Below are positions 1 through 12,862 of a DNA stretch of 64,000 nt, piece after piece (position 1 is the first letter of the stretch; each line of letters starts with the position of its first letter). Made by a program: the position numbers and the translations under genes. Where the stretch lies: the NCBI RefSeq assembly GCF_035084215.1, contig NC_090348.1:35836001-35900000 (forward strand), in the 5' to 3' direction. The notes below the pieces were generated by a model. It was given only the letters and a program-made list of their open reading frames with translations. It was not told the origin of the DNA and made no database searches. The DNA is from Heptranchias perlo. Taxonomy: Eukaryota.

Positions 1-127
1 CTATCATGTACATTGGACCACAATTGGCTTCTTAGAATAGAACTAGCCAGAGCATATGACGTGCACGCTCTGACCACTTTCACCAGTGTTAGAGCCGAAG
101 AGTCTCTGGAAAGTTAAGTTTCACATT

Positions 128-874
128 GGGCCAGAATTTAATGTCAAAATAATGGTGAGGCTAACGTTATTTAGGCGCAAATCACACAGCAACTCTAGGC
201 GAGGGCAGATGCGCGGTTAAACGGGAAAATCCAGAAGTTGCTGTCCGAGATGCACCGCTCCACCATTAGCTTCCCGAAAACTGCATCTCACTGTCCAACT
301 CACCATTGAAACGCATTGAACGGCGTGAAGTTCCTGTATTTACTTGGTAGATACGAACTAAACTCACCACAGAAAGGTAGGGTTTGTCCATTTCAGTCTA
401 AGTACCTTTTATAATGGCGTGATAAATCTTAATTACTGTCTGTCAACCTCTCTGGCACTGAAAATTAACTTTTACAAGTGTGGAGTCTCATTCCCTCAGC
501 TTTCAATTATTGTTGGAAATTTTTTTTAAATTACATTTTTGTTCAACTTTTTCTTTCTGTCTCTTTTTTCCCTCTCTCTTAATTCAATCTTTCTTTCCCT
601 CTCTTTATTTCGCTTTCTGATTTAACATCGAATTCACTATTCTAACTTACACTTCCTGGTTCAGACTGCGCTGTCCATTAGCAATGCTTCAATCTGATTG
701 GTTAAGGAGATACACAGTTGCTTGCCCTGTTCACACAGGTCCCAGATGCCCTGTAGAGGGTGCCACGCCATTTCCATCTCCCACTTCCAGCAACTCATGG
801 AAATTAAATGGGCACGAGCAAGTCTAACTAATGGCAGGTGCTGTTCGTTTGCCAGCTGTAGTAAACTCTGGCCC
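128..874. mobile_element. Non-autonomous DNA transposon (MITE-like; PIF/Harbinger-like GGG..CCC ends)
   Basis: TIRs gggccagaattta (128-140) and taaactctggccc (862-874) with 1 mismatch; CATT on both flanks (124-127, 875-878). Confidence 0.7.
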
Positions 875-910
875 CATTATGTTTGTGAGGTCAAGAGGAG
901 CAAAAATACT

Positions 911-938
911 CCCCCCCCCCCCCCCCCCCCCGCCCCCC
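911..938. repeat. Poly-C tract
   Basis: C run of about 20, then g, then further Cs; source of the spurious poly-Pro ORFs. Confidence 0.9.
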
Positions 939-1073
939 AACCTCACTGCCCTCCCTCCCTTCCCAGGATCTACCTGTAATTGTCACCAGTGTCCCAGCCG
1001 GCCGACGTTCCTGTGGCCCAAAAGCAGCTAGCTGCCTCGGGGCGGCCGCTAGAAAAACTACAAATGGTAGATA

Positions 1074-1262
1074 TTTGAAATAAGAATGGAAAAATGCTGG
1101 AAAAACAGGCCGATCAGTGTCTGTAAAAGAAACGACATGTTAACATTTTGAGTGGGATCCTTTGTCAGAATGATGAGTGAATCATTGTGCCTGAAACATT
1201 AACCTATCTTTCCCTTTCAGATGCTGATCGACCTTCCATGCGTTTCCCGTTTTTATTTCAAA
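1074..1262. mobile_element. Degenerate inverted-repeat element, probably Penelope-derived, with a decayed hammerhead core
   Basis: Arms pair: tttgaaataa with ttatttcaaa, and cgatcagtgtctg with cagatgctgatcg. Central tgatgag...ctgaaac. Confidence 0.6.
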
Positions 1263-3194
1263 AGTTTATGTTAGGCAGCCAACGGCAGTCTAATTCCAAC
1301 AGGAACCTATTATAAAGAAAATATTAGTTTACTTAGTGAATCTGACAAGTCGACAAATAGATACCACGTATGGGAAGGTAATACTCATATCTGTTCCTAG
1401 GCAACTCATGGCTAGGGGCCTAAAACAGAAACTTTGAAAGAACATTTCTCCATTGTGAACTATTAACTCATTTCAGGTGACGAAACTGAATTTGGAGTTC
1501 CTGGAATACATTTTGAAAACACTAACATAATCTGAGAGAAATTTGATTAAATGCTTTGATCCAGTTTTGACTTTGTTGTGTTATCAGATGAATGGCCATT
1601 ATTGAGAATAATTAAAAATAAAATTATTCTGTATTGGGTAAGGTGAAGAATGAAAACAATGCATGAAAATATAATCTCTTTCCAATTTACATCTAGTAAC
1701 AATATTGCTTGGAAATGCTATAAAATTATAGGCAATTTACAAAATGGCGATCTCCACTCCAGATGATATCTGCCACTCTCCACACTCTCAATCCTTTAAC
1801 ACTTACACGATATTCCAGTGATTATTAGCAACAGCTTGCCCTACTTCTTTCCCAGTTATCACCATTTCATGTTATTTGTTGTCCTTTTTGTAGAATAGGA
1901 GACCAGACGGACAGTAATTGTGATTTGTACGAGAGAGAATTTATAAGGCACTGTTACACTGCAGGTATCAATTTGAGACTATTTACGAAGACATGTGGCC
2001 AATCAACCTGACCTGTACTGCCAAACCTTCACTGTCCTTTGGCCAGGGATAAGTGAGTTGTGTGTATGCATGTCAACACATGTGCAGAGCTCCTCTCACG
2101 GGCATTGAAATGCCAGTTAAATTTGAGTACCAGTAAAGAGCAAGTAGGAACTTTTAAAAATGTTGCTTTGCATCAATTGCAGTAATACTACAACTAGAGT
2201 ATTGCTGAAGTGGTTTAAGAATACCTCTGTAGTTGGTACCTGTCTAAATTAGATTTGAATAACTCTACGCAGGAATTATACGATATAGTTTGCATTAAGA
2301 GCCAAAGCTACTTTACGTCAATACAAACCATGTAGTACAATTGTCCACCAAAGGCAGTAGGCCATTAACCAACCTCAGTGATTCAGGCCAGGCATTTGAT
2401 CCTTAGACCGTGTTTCCTGCTTTATTCACATATTTGATCTTGGAACGGAATTAAAATATGGACCAAAACATTCACTTCAAACACCACGACAACGTTCTGA
2501 ACAAGCAGAAATCCAATACTTTCTGGTTGCACAGTGAAGGGAAAAGTGGATCTTGAGCTGGCCACCCATGGTTAGAGAGGTAGTGGAGGGATGTTGAAAT
2601 CATAATGTTTGAAATAAATGGGTTAATGCCTTTGTTAAAATAGTGGACATAGGAATGGTGTTCGCTCATTTGTTACCAATGCCACACAACAAGATTTCAA
2701 CCTCTATATATGTCATCTTAATGTAATTTTTAAAAATCACAAAACTCAGAACTCCTGCTTGGTCTCAGCCACCATTTTGATTGCTGTAAGATGAAAAGAT
2801 AGGGCAGAAAACCTGCAATCAGGCAAGGGCACCTTCCCCTTTTAATTTAAACTGAGAGGTTATTTTGACAGAGAAGCAAAATCTTGTCTCTGCGCAACCT
2901 CCCCACCTCCAATTACAGAAGTATGGTAGATTAACGCACATTGGTATGACACAAACCATGTTGCTGCTAAGATGAAAATGTTTTTCAGAAACACTGCTAC
3001 CTGGTGACCAAAATGGGTCAATAGATGACGAATGGTATACACCACAAAACAAATAAGAGTTAGGTCACCTTTAATCACTGGGTCCAGTCAATTGGACAAA
3101 CAAAAATACTCACAAGCCAAACAGTTTGCTGTTAGAAACTGAGTCTTTTAGAAAAACATTGTTGCTTAATCTGTTTTCATCAAGGAGAATGAAT

Positions 3195-3340
3195 AGTGCA
3201 GTAGATTACAACACTGCCCTTTCACTTCTAGGACCCAAGTCTATATCCAACCCCAACTGACAGAACTAAATTCTTGTCTCTCCTCAGGTTGTAATGGCGC
3301 AATGTGAAATGGTTGTAAGCAGACTCAATCCAGCTTATAA
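3195..3340 (+). mobile_element. Ancient tRNA-derived SINE fragment (LF-SINE-like)
   Basis: ctttcacttctaggacccaagtctatatccaacccc...atgtgaaatg..ctcaatccagc resembles the recalled LF-SINE 5' region. Confidence 0.4.
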
Positions 3341-6179
3341 TTTGTGCAGAACTGCAATACAAAGAGGCTACAGGATGAAAAATGTCACATTGGTGCAGTA
3401 AGGGGTAACTCTTCCAGGTTCTGGATACTCAAATAGCATAAAAGGAGCTTTTCTCTGAATCGGTATCTGACTTAGGAGTACTGGATGCTGACACTGGTAC
3501 CCGACACGGACATTCGTTTCACCACATCTACACCCTTTACCGTGATCAGTGCAACAAAAAAACATAAAGCAAGATTTTGTGCATTAGATTTGTCCCAGAG
3601 CAAACAAAAAAAAGTTTCACAACCAAGTCATTGTATCTGCTGCTACCCTCTCCAAGCAGCTGTGTTTAACTGACAAGATAAGGCTTAAATAGTCTTGAAT
3701 GTTTCTGTTCAAAACTTCTCCAATTTTAAAACTTATCTTTTTGGAAGTTTTACCAATGGTTATTCACCTCCCTCAAGAAGTTAATTAAGTTGAAGAAGCA
3801 ATCATGACAATGCAAACTGTCCATGGCTTTTTAGGGAGGATTCAGTTTGGCCAAATGACCTATTCTTATGCCATACTGAGCTGTGCGAAACTGAACTCGT
3901 CTTCTGACTGCCTCAAGTTCTCACTGCTTTCAAAAAAAACAAGCTTAAGGTCAGAAGACAATTGCTGGTAGATGCCACTTACAGTCACATCCCTTCCCTT
4001 GGTGTGAACGAGATATTGGGCAGCTCTATTTTCCCAGCTCAGATTTCCTCCCAGACACAGCATTATCACATCATGACATAAATTGATTTTTCAGCTCCCT
4101 CCCACTAAATGCTGAAGTTTTTTTTCCCCCAAAATTGTTTTTGTTAAAAAAAAACAGATCACCTGACTGAGGGAGAGTTTCCCACTCTTTATGGACAGGT
4201 CATCCTGCAGAATGAAAATCCATCACTAGACTGCTATTCCTTTTTTCTACTGGCTCTACCTGCCAGCTTTCTCACTATCGTCCAAAGGAGTGGTATATCA
4301 TTTTAGCATTTCCTGCACCTGTTAAATCATTAAAACTCAGACTAGGTGTTGTACTGGGCTCTCCTAAACAGGATGCATCAACCTTCCAGAACTAGTGTGT
4401 GCAAGAGCTATTTGCTCTGTTTGTTTTGTGCATTGCACCTTAAATGGAGTAATCATCCATACATATTAAAAATCTTACATCGACATGCCTCCTATCAACC
4501 TTTTTCATTACATAAATTCCAACATTAATAATGTAAATTTATCTTGCTGTAATTACCTTCCCACCAGAAGTGGTACTGCAGCACCTCCAATGGGGAGAGG
4601 ATGGAATTACAGCGTAACCTGTTTACATAGGTAATGCCCATTATAAATGTGGACACAGGAATTTATAATGGAAATATAAAAATAAGGATAGAATGTATGA
4701 CTTTAAAATGGGGGTTGAATTATATCATCGCACCCAGGTTCAATTGTCCTTTGTCACCTAATCCCCTTTCACCTGTTACAGTTGGTCTTCACTCGTATGC
4801 AACCCTCTGGAAAATTGATTAGTAACCTAAAAACTTGCTGTGCCAGACTAATTATTAGGGGATTCTCCATTAACCATTTATCCTGTGTGAGAATTATCCC
4901 TCCTCATTATGGCAGATAATTGAGGTTCCACTCTACCACATAAAATGCAGGTCAGACCAGCTTTACAGTGTGGTAACACCTTTATGTTTCTCAATTCTTC
5001 TGAGAAAAGCAAACAAAGAAAAGAATGCATAGCTTATATGCAGTTACAGTGTGTTTATTTATTAGTGGTTTCTATTGTACATATTCTCTCCAATGTCAAT
5101 GTTCTTACCAGCATTCTATCACATTACATGTAAACAATATTAATATAAAGCACGTGCTATGTACAGATAATGATTATGTCAAGGTATGCAATAACACACA
5201 ATAACGACTAAAGTTGGACACAACATAGTAACAGTAGAAAGCAAACATAAGAGAAAGTAGAATTCTCAGATCATGGAAAGGAAATAGCTGAGTCACTCTC
5301 AATGCATTCTACAGCAAGTGTATTTTGAGATTTCAGACATCTAGATAGATCCAAGGTAGTGCAGATGAAACTTGTCGAGGTCTATGAACGTAATGGTGTT
5401 ACTACAGCCAAGTTTGACATACATAGAGGACAGTTAAGATTGCGACCATGTTGTGTGTGCAACCTGATACTGTTCTGACCCGGATTTCACTCAGTCTGCC
5501 AAAGAAGCAACTGGATTTTCTGTGGTAAGAAAGCACTTCTAGATCAATAAGACCACCATAACATGCAAGAGGCAAAGCTGCTACTTTCTACGCAGTGGCT
5601 CACCTGGAATTTCACCTCTTATATACAAAGATTCAAATGCAAAGTCAATCAATTTCTGAACCAAGTAACTAGAGCACACATTAAGCAATGGGAAATCTCC
5701 AGCTTGCCTCTAGCTTCTCCTGGTTTAATGCCCTTGTTATTAAACATAAGGCCCTACGCCTATGGTAACACTATTCAGCGAACCTCAACTGTGTGACTAA
5801 ATTATACCTGTTACTCCAGCTTCCTCTGAAATTGGCAGCACTACTGCCCTGCATAGGTAAATCCACTGGTTAAGGCAATTGGTCAGCTCTAAGCCATATT
5901 AATAAGTAAAGAGCAGCATAGAAGTGACCATTCTGGTGGTAGGGGGAAGAATAGAAAGATATTAGGATTTGCTAGCATCTTCTTCTGGACAATCATAAAG
6001 CACTGGACAGTATTTATGGACAGCGTTTCAGACTACGCTATTCTCAACCGAAGGAGAAAGCAGGAAATATTGAGGCTGGAGCCACTGAAAAAGGGAAAAG
6101 AAACAGATAAGCATTTCTAGAAACACAAAAGTCCTTTAAATTAATATAATATAAACAAACGATAGCCTCATGGCAAAGT

Positions 6180-7455
6180 GTGTTGGTGCCCGAAGATTAG
6201 AAAGTAACCAACAGAATACCAACAATTAAAAAGGGCCCCAAGAACAACTCAAGAGTATTATAGGCAATGGGCCTAACATTGGTTGTGGTAAAGTAATAGA
6301 AGGCATCCGAGAAGAGGGAATGATGGAACATCTAGACAGACATGGTAAGGACTCAGTATGGATTTATGAGAAGGAAGTTTTGCGTAACTAATTTACTGGA
6401 GCGTTTCAAGGAAATTACAGTTTTTGTTGAAAGAAGAAATTCTGTAGATATGATAGACAGTATTTGGATTGTAGCAAGGTTTTCAATATCATGCCACACA
6501 AGCAATTAGTTGACAAGATAGGAAGGCATTAAAGAGGAGGAAAACCTCTGAGATGGATTGAAAATACTCTAAACCAAAGAAAAGGGTGGTTGTGAATGCA
6601 ATTGTGTCAACATAGCTGGGGTCACTAACTGAGTGCCACAGTGCTCAGTGCTGGGACCAGCACTGTTTCCAGTTTAATCGGTGATTGGAACTGGGGAGAG
6701 AAATAAAGCTAAGTTTGTGGACAACACCAAATCGGGGTGGATTCACAAGACAGCACAAGTGGCAAACCAAATACTAAGATCTTGATAGATTGGGAAGGTG
6801 GACTGATAAGAAGCAAGAGACATTTAATGTGGACAAATACAAGGTAATATGACTAGGAAAGCAGAGTAAACAGTGATAATGTAAAGTTTCAAGGTATATG
6901 ACATAATACAGGAAAGGGATCTGGGGTTACTACCGGATAGCTCACTGAAACCAACAGTGCAGTGTGTGCACAACAGTAAGAAATGTTAATCAGATTTTGA
7001 GATGATAATGAGTCCACAGAAGGCACTGGTAAGGCCACACCTAGAGTGCTGGTTGTCGTTTCACAGCACAGAAGGTAGTGTAGCAACCAACCAGCTTATG
7101 GCATTTGAGCTATGAGGAAAGACTGAAGAGCCTGTGATTGTTTATTCTGAAGAGAAGGCTCAGGGAGATATTATGCAAGTATTAAAACATCAAAGTGCCC
7201 AGAGAAAAGATAAATTTAATGCCAATAATACCTTCGGGTTTCCACTAACTACAGAACCAGGGAACAGAGCTCAAATTTTGAAGAGGAAAGGTGCACAAAC
7301 ATCTCACATTCAACGACATCATGCAGAAGGTGGTGAACATCTGGAGCATACCTCTCAGGGAGGGAGTGGAGGCAGATTGAAAAAAATTTAAGGGAGAATT
7401 GGATAGATATTTAAGGGGAGGGGTATTAATTTTGGGAGTGATCGGTACTTCCTTA
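6180..7455 (+). mobile_element. Old degenerate CR1 LINE (RT region plus 3' end)
   Basis: Decayed TNLLE-, LDxxKxF- and GVPQ-like motifs; ends in cttatgttcctatg. Confidence 0.8.
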
Positions 7456-7589
7456 TGTTCCTATGTGCTGTATCACCCAAATGTTAGGTTAAAATTATCC
7501 CCCGGATCTCTATCCTAACTAGGGGGGGGGGAACTAATAGAATTGGATTGGCCACCCATTTTACACCCTGCCCAACTTTACTTTCCATT

Positions 7590-7897
7590 GACACTTCCAT
7601 TACCATCCCTGGGTATGTCCTGTCCCACCGGCAGGACAGACCCACCAGAGGTGGCGGTACAGTGATATACAGTCAGGAGGGAGTGGCCCTGGGAGTCGTC
7701 AACATTGACTCCGGACCCCATGAAATCTCATGGCATCAGGTCAAACATGGGCAAGGAAACCTTCTGCTGATTACCACCTTCTGCCCTGCCTCAGCTGATG
7801 AATCAGTCTTCCTCCATGTTAAGCACCACTTGGAGGAAGCACTGAGGGTAGCAAGGGCACAGAACGTACTCTGGGTGGGGGACTTCAATGTCCATCA
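7590..7897 (+). mobile_element. Isolated AP-endonuclease fragment of a non-LTR retrotransposon
   Basis: ORF 7548..7943 contains IPGY..RQDR..RGGGTVIY and WVGDFNVHH, typical LINE APE motifs. Confidence 0.85.
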
Positions 7898-8689
7898 CCC
7901 AGCACGTTGCACCAGAAGTTGTCAGCTCAAATGGGAAAAGTGATGGAAAAACATTTCCTTAAAGGGAGTGATGGAGGGAATGAAAAAAAGCCTGCACCAC
8001 TCTTGTGTAATCTGAACAACTAATTCAAGAGCAACACTCGGTGCCTAGAAGCAGGCCACTCTCCCCTTCTCAGGTAAATGGTTTTGGTATCGGAGAACCC
8101 AAATAGGATGGATGAGAGGTTTTGTGTTCATTAATGTAAATTATGTCACCACTGAGCAAATGTGTATTTTTTCACTTTTGCCTCTAATGCAAATATGAAG
8201 TGTCCCCAGGTCGGCAATTCACAGGACAGATGCAAACAATTCAGCCTAACCTCATCTCAAAAAAAGACACTAAAGAATCTCTAAACATTTGAGAGTTCAG
8301 CACACCCAGTACCATTAAGATAAATGGGGGAGGTCCTATCTCGCCAATTTTACTTTGGAAAAATGAGTGTCTAATGCATCAAGCCTTAATAATTTTTCAT
8401 CAGATTTTACCATCTCCCAATCACAGACTTTCAAAAATTAGTTTCAGCTACCAACACAATTCTGTCTCAGTAAGGACAAGAGTGTTCATGTGCGAACAGA
8501 GCAGAGTTGCTAGCTCAAGTTAAAGTTACAAAAAGTAAGGGATTTGGCTCCCAAATTATTTGGCAAAAACTCAAGAACCTCATACCTTGAATGAACTGGC
8601 ACTGCTGGTAGCAGAATAGAATAGAATCACTACCACTGTGATTGCCACCAAAAAAGTCTTCAAATTTCTCCTCTTCTAGAGGCACTGAC

Positions 8690-9498
8690 TTTTTTTTTAT
8701 TCGTTCACGGGATGTGGGCGTCGCTGGCAAGGCCGGCATTTATTGCCCATCCCTAATTGCCCTCGAGAAGGTGGTGGTGAGCCGCCTTCTTGAACCGCTG
8801 CAGTCCGTGTGGTGACGGTTCTCCCACAGTGCTGTTAGGAAGGGAGTTCCAGGATTTTGACCCAGCGACAATGAAGGAACGGCGATATATTTCCAAGTCG
8901 GGATGGTGTGTGACTTGGAGGGGAACGTGCAGGTGGTGTTGTTCCCATGCGCCTGCTGCCCTTGTCCTTCTAGGTGGTAGAGGTCGCGGGTTTGGGAGGT
9001 GCTGTCGAAGAAGCCTTGGCGAGTTGCTGCAGTGCATCCTGTGGATGGTGCACACTGCAGCCACAGTGCGCCGGTGGTGAAGGGAGTGAATGTTTAGGGT
9101 GGTGGATGGGGTGCCAATCAAGCGGGCTGCTTTATCTTGGATGGTGTCGAGCTTCTTGAGTGTTGTTGGAGCTGCACTCATCCAAGCAAGTGGAGAGTAT
9201 TCCATCACACTCCTGACTTGTGCCTTGTAGATGGTGGAAAGGCTTTGGGGAGTCAGGAGGTGAGTCACTCGCCGCAGAATACCCAGCCTCTAACCTGCTC
9301 TCGTAGCCACGGTATTTATATGGCTGGTCCAGTTAAGTTTCTGGTCAATGGTGACCCCCAGGATGTTGATGGTGGGGGATTCGGCGATGGTAATGCCGTT
9401 GAATGTCAAGGGGAGGTGGTTAGACTCTCTCTTGTTGGAGATGGTCATTGCCTGGCACTTATCTGGCGCAAATGTTACTTGCCACTTATCAGCCCAAG
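8690..9498 (-). mobile_element. 5'-truncated CR1-group LINE (family A, poly-A tail)
   Basis: WADKWQVTF, YKAQVRSVMEY, KKAAHHHLLEGN, a short 3' UTR and an A tail. Confidence 0.93.
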
Positions 9499-9589
9499 CT
9501 GGGGTATCATTCCACAAGTGACATCAGGACTCCATTATCTAGCCCAAGCAGCCATTTTCCATGTATGAGGCCAGATACTGAATGTTGAT

Positions 9590-9822
9590 AGGCTAATTAT
9601 ATAATGTCCTGGATAATATTTATCCCTTGACCAACACCTAAAAACAAATTTTCTGGTCATTATCATATTGCTGTTTGTGGGATCTTGTTGTACACAAATT
9701 GGCTACCGTGTTTTCTGCATTACAACAGTGACTACACTTCAAAAGTACTTTGTTGGCTGTAAAGCGCTTTGGGACGTTCTGAGGTCGTGAAAAGTGCTAC
9801 ATAAATGCAAATCCTTCTTTCT
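9590..9822 (+). mobile_element. Shark SINE 3' part (SacSINE1/DeuSINE-like, L2-type tail)
   Basis: ttgctgtttgtgggatcttg..aaattggct..cttcaaaagtact..aaagcgctttgggacg..ataaatgcaa; related copies recur in the window. Confidence 0.75.
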
Positions 9823-10005
9823 TCTAATTGACCACGGAGGGCATCTTATCTTGTTCCTTTCCTCAGACATCCATATACGCACAATTTCCATTAGGATTAA
9901 TTGGATAATTATCAAAGAGTGGCTGATTCTCCTTTTCACTTCCACTTCCCAAAGGACACTGGTGCCAATTACAGGACCTCTAACGTTGCCCCAACTAAGA
10001 TCACC

Positions 10006-11982
10006 TTTTTTTTATATTCGTTCATGGGATGTGGGCGTCGCTGGCGAGGCCGGCATTTATTGCCCATCCCTAATTGCCCTCGAGAAGGTGGTGGTGAGCC
10101 GTCTTCTTGAACCGCTGCAGTCCGTGTGGTGACGGTTCTCCCACGGTGCTGTTAGGTAGGGAGTTCCAGGATTTTGACCCAGCGACGATGAAGGAACGGC
10201 GATATATTTCCAAGTCGGGATGGTGTGTGACTTGGAGGGGAACGTGCAGGTGGTGTTATTCCCATGTGCCTGCTGCCCTTGTCCTTCTAGGTGGTAGAGG
10301 TCGCGGGTTTGGGAGGTACTGTCGAAGAAGCCTTGGCGAGTTGCTGCAGCGCATCCTGTAAATGGTACACACTGCAGCCACTGTGCGCCGGTGGTGAAGG
10401 GAGTGAATGTTTAGGGTGGTGGATGGGGTGCCAATCAGCGGGCTGCTTTGTCCTGGATGGTGTCGAGCTTCTTGAGTGTTGTTGGAGCTGCACTCATCCA
10501 AGCAAGTGGAGAGTATTCCATCACACTCCTGACCTGTGCCTTGTGAGATGGTGGAAAGGCTTTGGGGAGTCAGGAGGTGAGTCACTCGCCGAGAATACCC
10601 AGGCTCTGACCTGCTCTCGTAGCCACAGTATTTATATGGCTGGTCCAGTTAAGTTTCTGGTCAATGGTGACCCCCAGGATGTTGATGGTGGGGGATTCGG
10701 CGATGGTAATGCCGTTGAATGTCAAGGGGAGGTGGTTAGACTCTCTCTTGTTGGAGATGGTCATTGCCTGGCACTTATCTGGCACGAATGTTACTTGCCA
10801 CTTATTAGCCCAAGCCTGGATGTTGTCCAGGTCTTGCTGCACGCGGGCTCGGACTGCTTCATTATTTGAGGGGTTGCGAATGGATCTGAACACTGTGCAA
10901 TCATCAGCGAACATCCCCATTTCTGACCTTATGATGGAGGGAAGGTCATTGATGAAGCAGCTGAAGATGGTTGGGCCGAGGACACTGCCCTGAGGAACTC
11001 CTGCAGCAATGTCCTGGGGCTGAGATGATTGGCCTCCAACAACCACTACCATCTTCCTTTGCGCTAGGTATAGCTCCAGCCACTGGAGAGTTTTCCCCGA
11101 TTCCCATTGACTTCAATTTTACTAGGGCTCCTTGGTGCCACACACGGTCAAATGCTGCCTTGATGTCAAGGGCAGTCACTCTTACCTCACCTCTGCAATT
11201 CAGCTCTTTTGTCCATGTTTGGACCAAGGCTGTAATGAGGTCTGGAGCCGAGTGGTCCTGGCGGAACCCAAACTGAGCATCGGTGAGCAGGTTATTGGTG
11301 AGTAAGTGCCGCTTGATAGCACTGTCGACGACACCTTCCATCACTTTGCTGATGATTGACAGTAGACTGATGGGGCAGTAATTGGCCGGATTGGATTTGT
11401 CCTGCTTTTTGTGGACAGGACATACCTGGGCAATTTTCCACATTGTCGGGTAGATGCCAGTGTTGTAGCTGTACTGGAACAGCTTGGCTAGAGGCGCAGC
11501 TAGTTCTGGAGCACAGGTCTTCAGCACTACAGTCGGGATGTTGTCGGGGCCCTTGGCCTTTGCTATATCCAGTGCACTCAGCCGTTTCTTGATATCACGT
11601 GGAGTGAATCGAATTGGCTGAAGACTGGCTTCTGTGATGGTGGGGATATCAGGAGGAGGCCGAGATGGATCATCCACTCGGCACTTCTGGCTGAAAATGG
11701 TTGAAAACACTTCAGATTTGTCTTTTGCACTCACGTGCTGGAGTCTGCCATCATTGAGGATGGGGATGTTTGCAGAGCCTCCTCCTCCCGTTAGTTGTTT
11801 AATTGTCCACCACCATTCACGACTGGATGTGGCAGGACTGCAGAGCTTTGATCTGATCCGTTGGTTGTGGAATCACTTAGCTCTGTCTATAGCATGTTGC
11901 TTCCGCTGTTTAGCACGCATGTAGTCCTGAGTTGTAGCTTCACCAGGTTGGCACCTCATTTTTAGGTACGCCTGGTGCTGCT
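10006..11982 (-). mobile_element. ~2 kb 5'-truncated CR1-group LINE (family A) with a frameshifted RT
   Basis: KAKGPDNIP, NYCPISLL, QFGFR, LDIKAAFDRVWH, GVPQGSVLGP and FADD split across several frames. Confidence 0.95.
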
Positions 11983-12444
11983 AACTCAATACTGGCTGGG
12001 AATGAACCTAGGACCTTCCTGTAGAACGTTTATATGACTCAAACATACCAGAAAGAGAATTTCAAATGAAGTAGCATTGTTGCTGCCTGTTTAGTGCTGC
12101 TATTTCAGAGGTTGGAGGCTGCAATGAATACAGTTGCATGCTCCCAGCCACATGTACTCTGGCTCCATTTGCAGGCAACGGGTGATCCAGTGACAGATGA
12201 GTTGGAGATGGGAAGTAAGAAGACACAATTCCTGACATTACCAAATCAATTTCCTAATTGCAAAAAAAACATGAGAAATAAGATTACATAAAAATATTAA
12301 AAAATAAACAAAGAACATAGCTCGTGAAGATTATGCCACATGAGATTTCTTCCTCTGCTATTTTAACATAAACCAGTTAGTGCCTCAGTTTAAATTACAG
12401 AGAAAGAAATTACAAGTGTATTAAGTGTTCATATGCTAAAAGAA

Positions 12445-12862
12445 AGATCTTAAGGGTGTCTCAAAGCGCTTTCCAGCTAATAAATTATTTTGAAGCGTAG
12501 TCAATTTTGTTTTTTAGGCAAATTTGGCAGCCAATTTGCAGACAGCAAGGTCCCACAAACAGCAATAAGATAAATGACTGATTAATTTGTTTTCTGGTGT
12601 TGGTTGAGGGGTAAATGTTGGCCAGGATACTGGGAGAAATAAACTCTGCTCATCTTCAAATAGTACCAGGGGATATTTCACATCCGCCTCAGCAGGGAGA
12701 CAGGGCCTTTGTTGAACATCTCATCGAAAAGATGGCACCTCCAACAATACAGTACTCCTCCGATAAGACACTCAAGTGCCAGCCTAGATAATGTACTCAG
12801 ATTCTGAAGTGCAGCTTGAACCCACGACCTTTTGACTCAGAGGCAAGAGTGCTACCAATGGG
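12445..12862 (-). mobile_element. Near-full-length shark SINE (SacSINE1-like)
   Basis: tRNA-like head on the minus strand (gtagcactcttgcctctgagtc..gggttcaag); body matches the 9590 copy. Confidence 0.75.

Noticed and set aside
698-1031. Proline-rich ORFs
   Set aside because: Produced by a poly-C tract; no splice or homology support.
4900-4935. Tigger/pogo-like terminus (ataattgaggttccact)
   Set aside because: No matching opposite TIR was found; too short to call.
8753-11924. Multiple long ORFs on both strands
   Set aside because: Fragments and antisense shadows of truncated LINE RT, not host genes.
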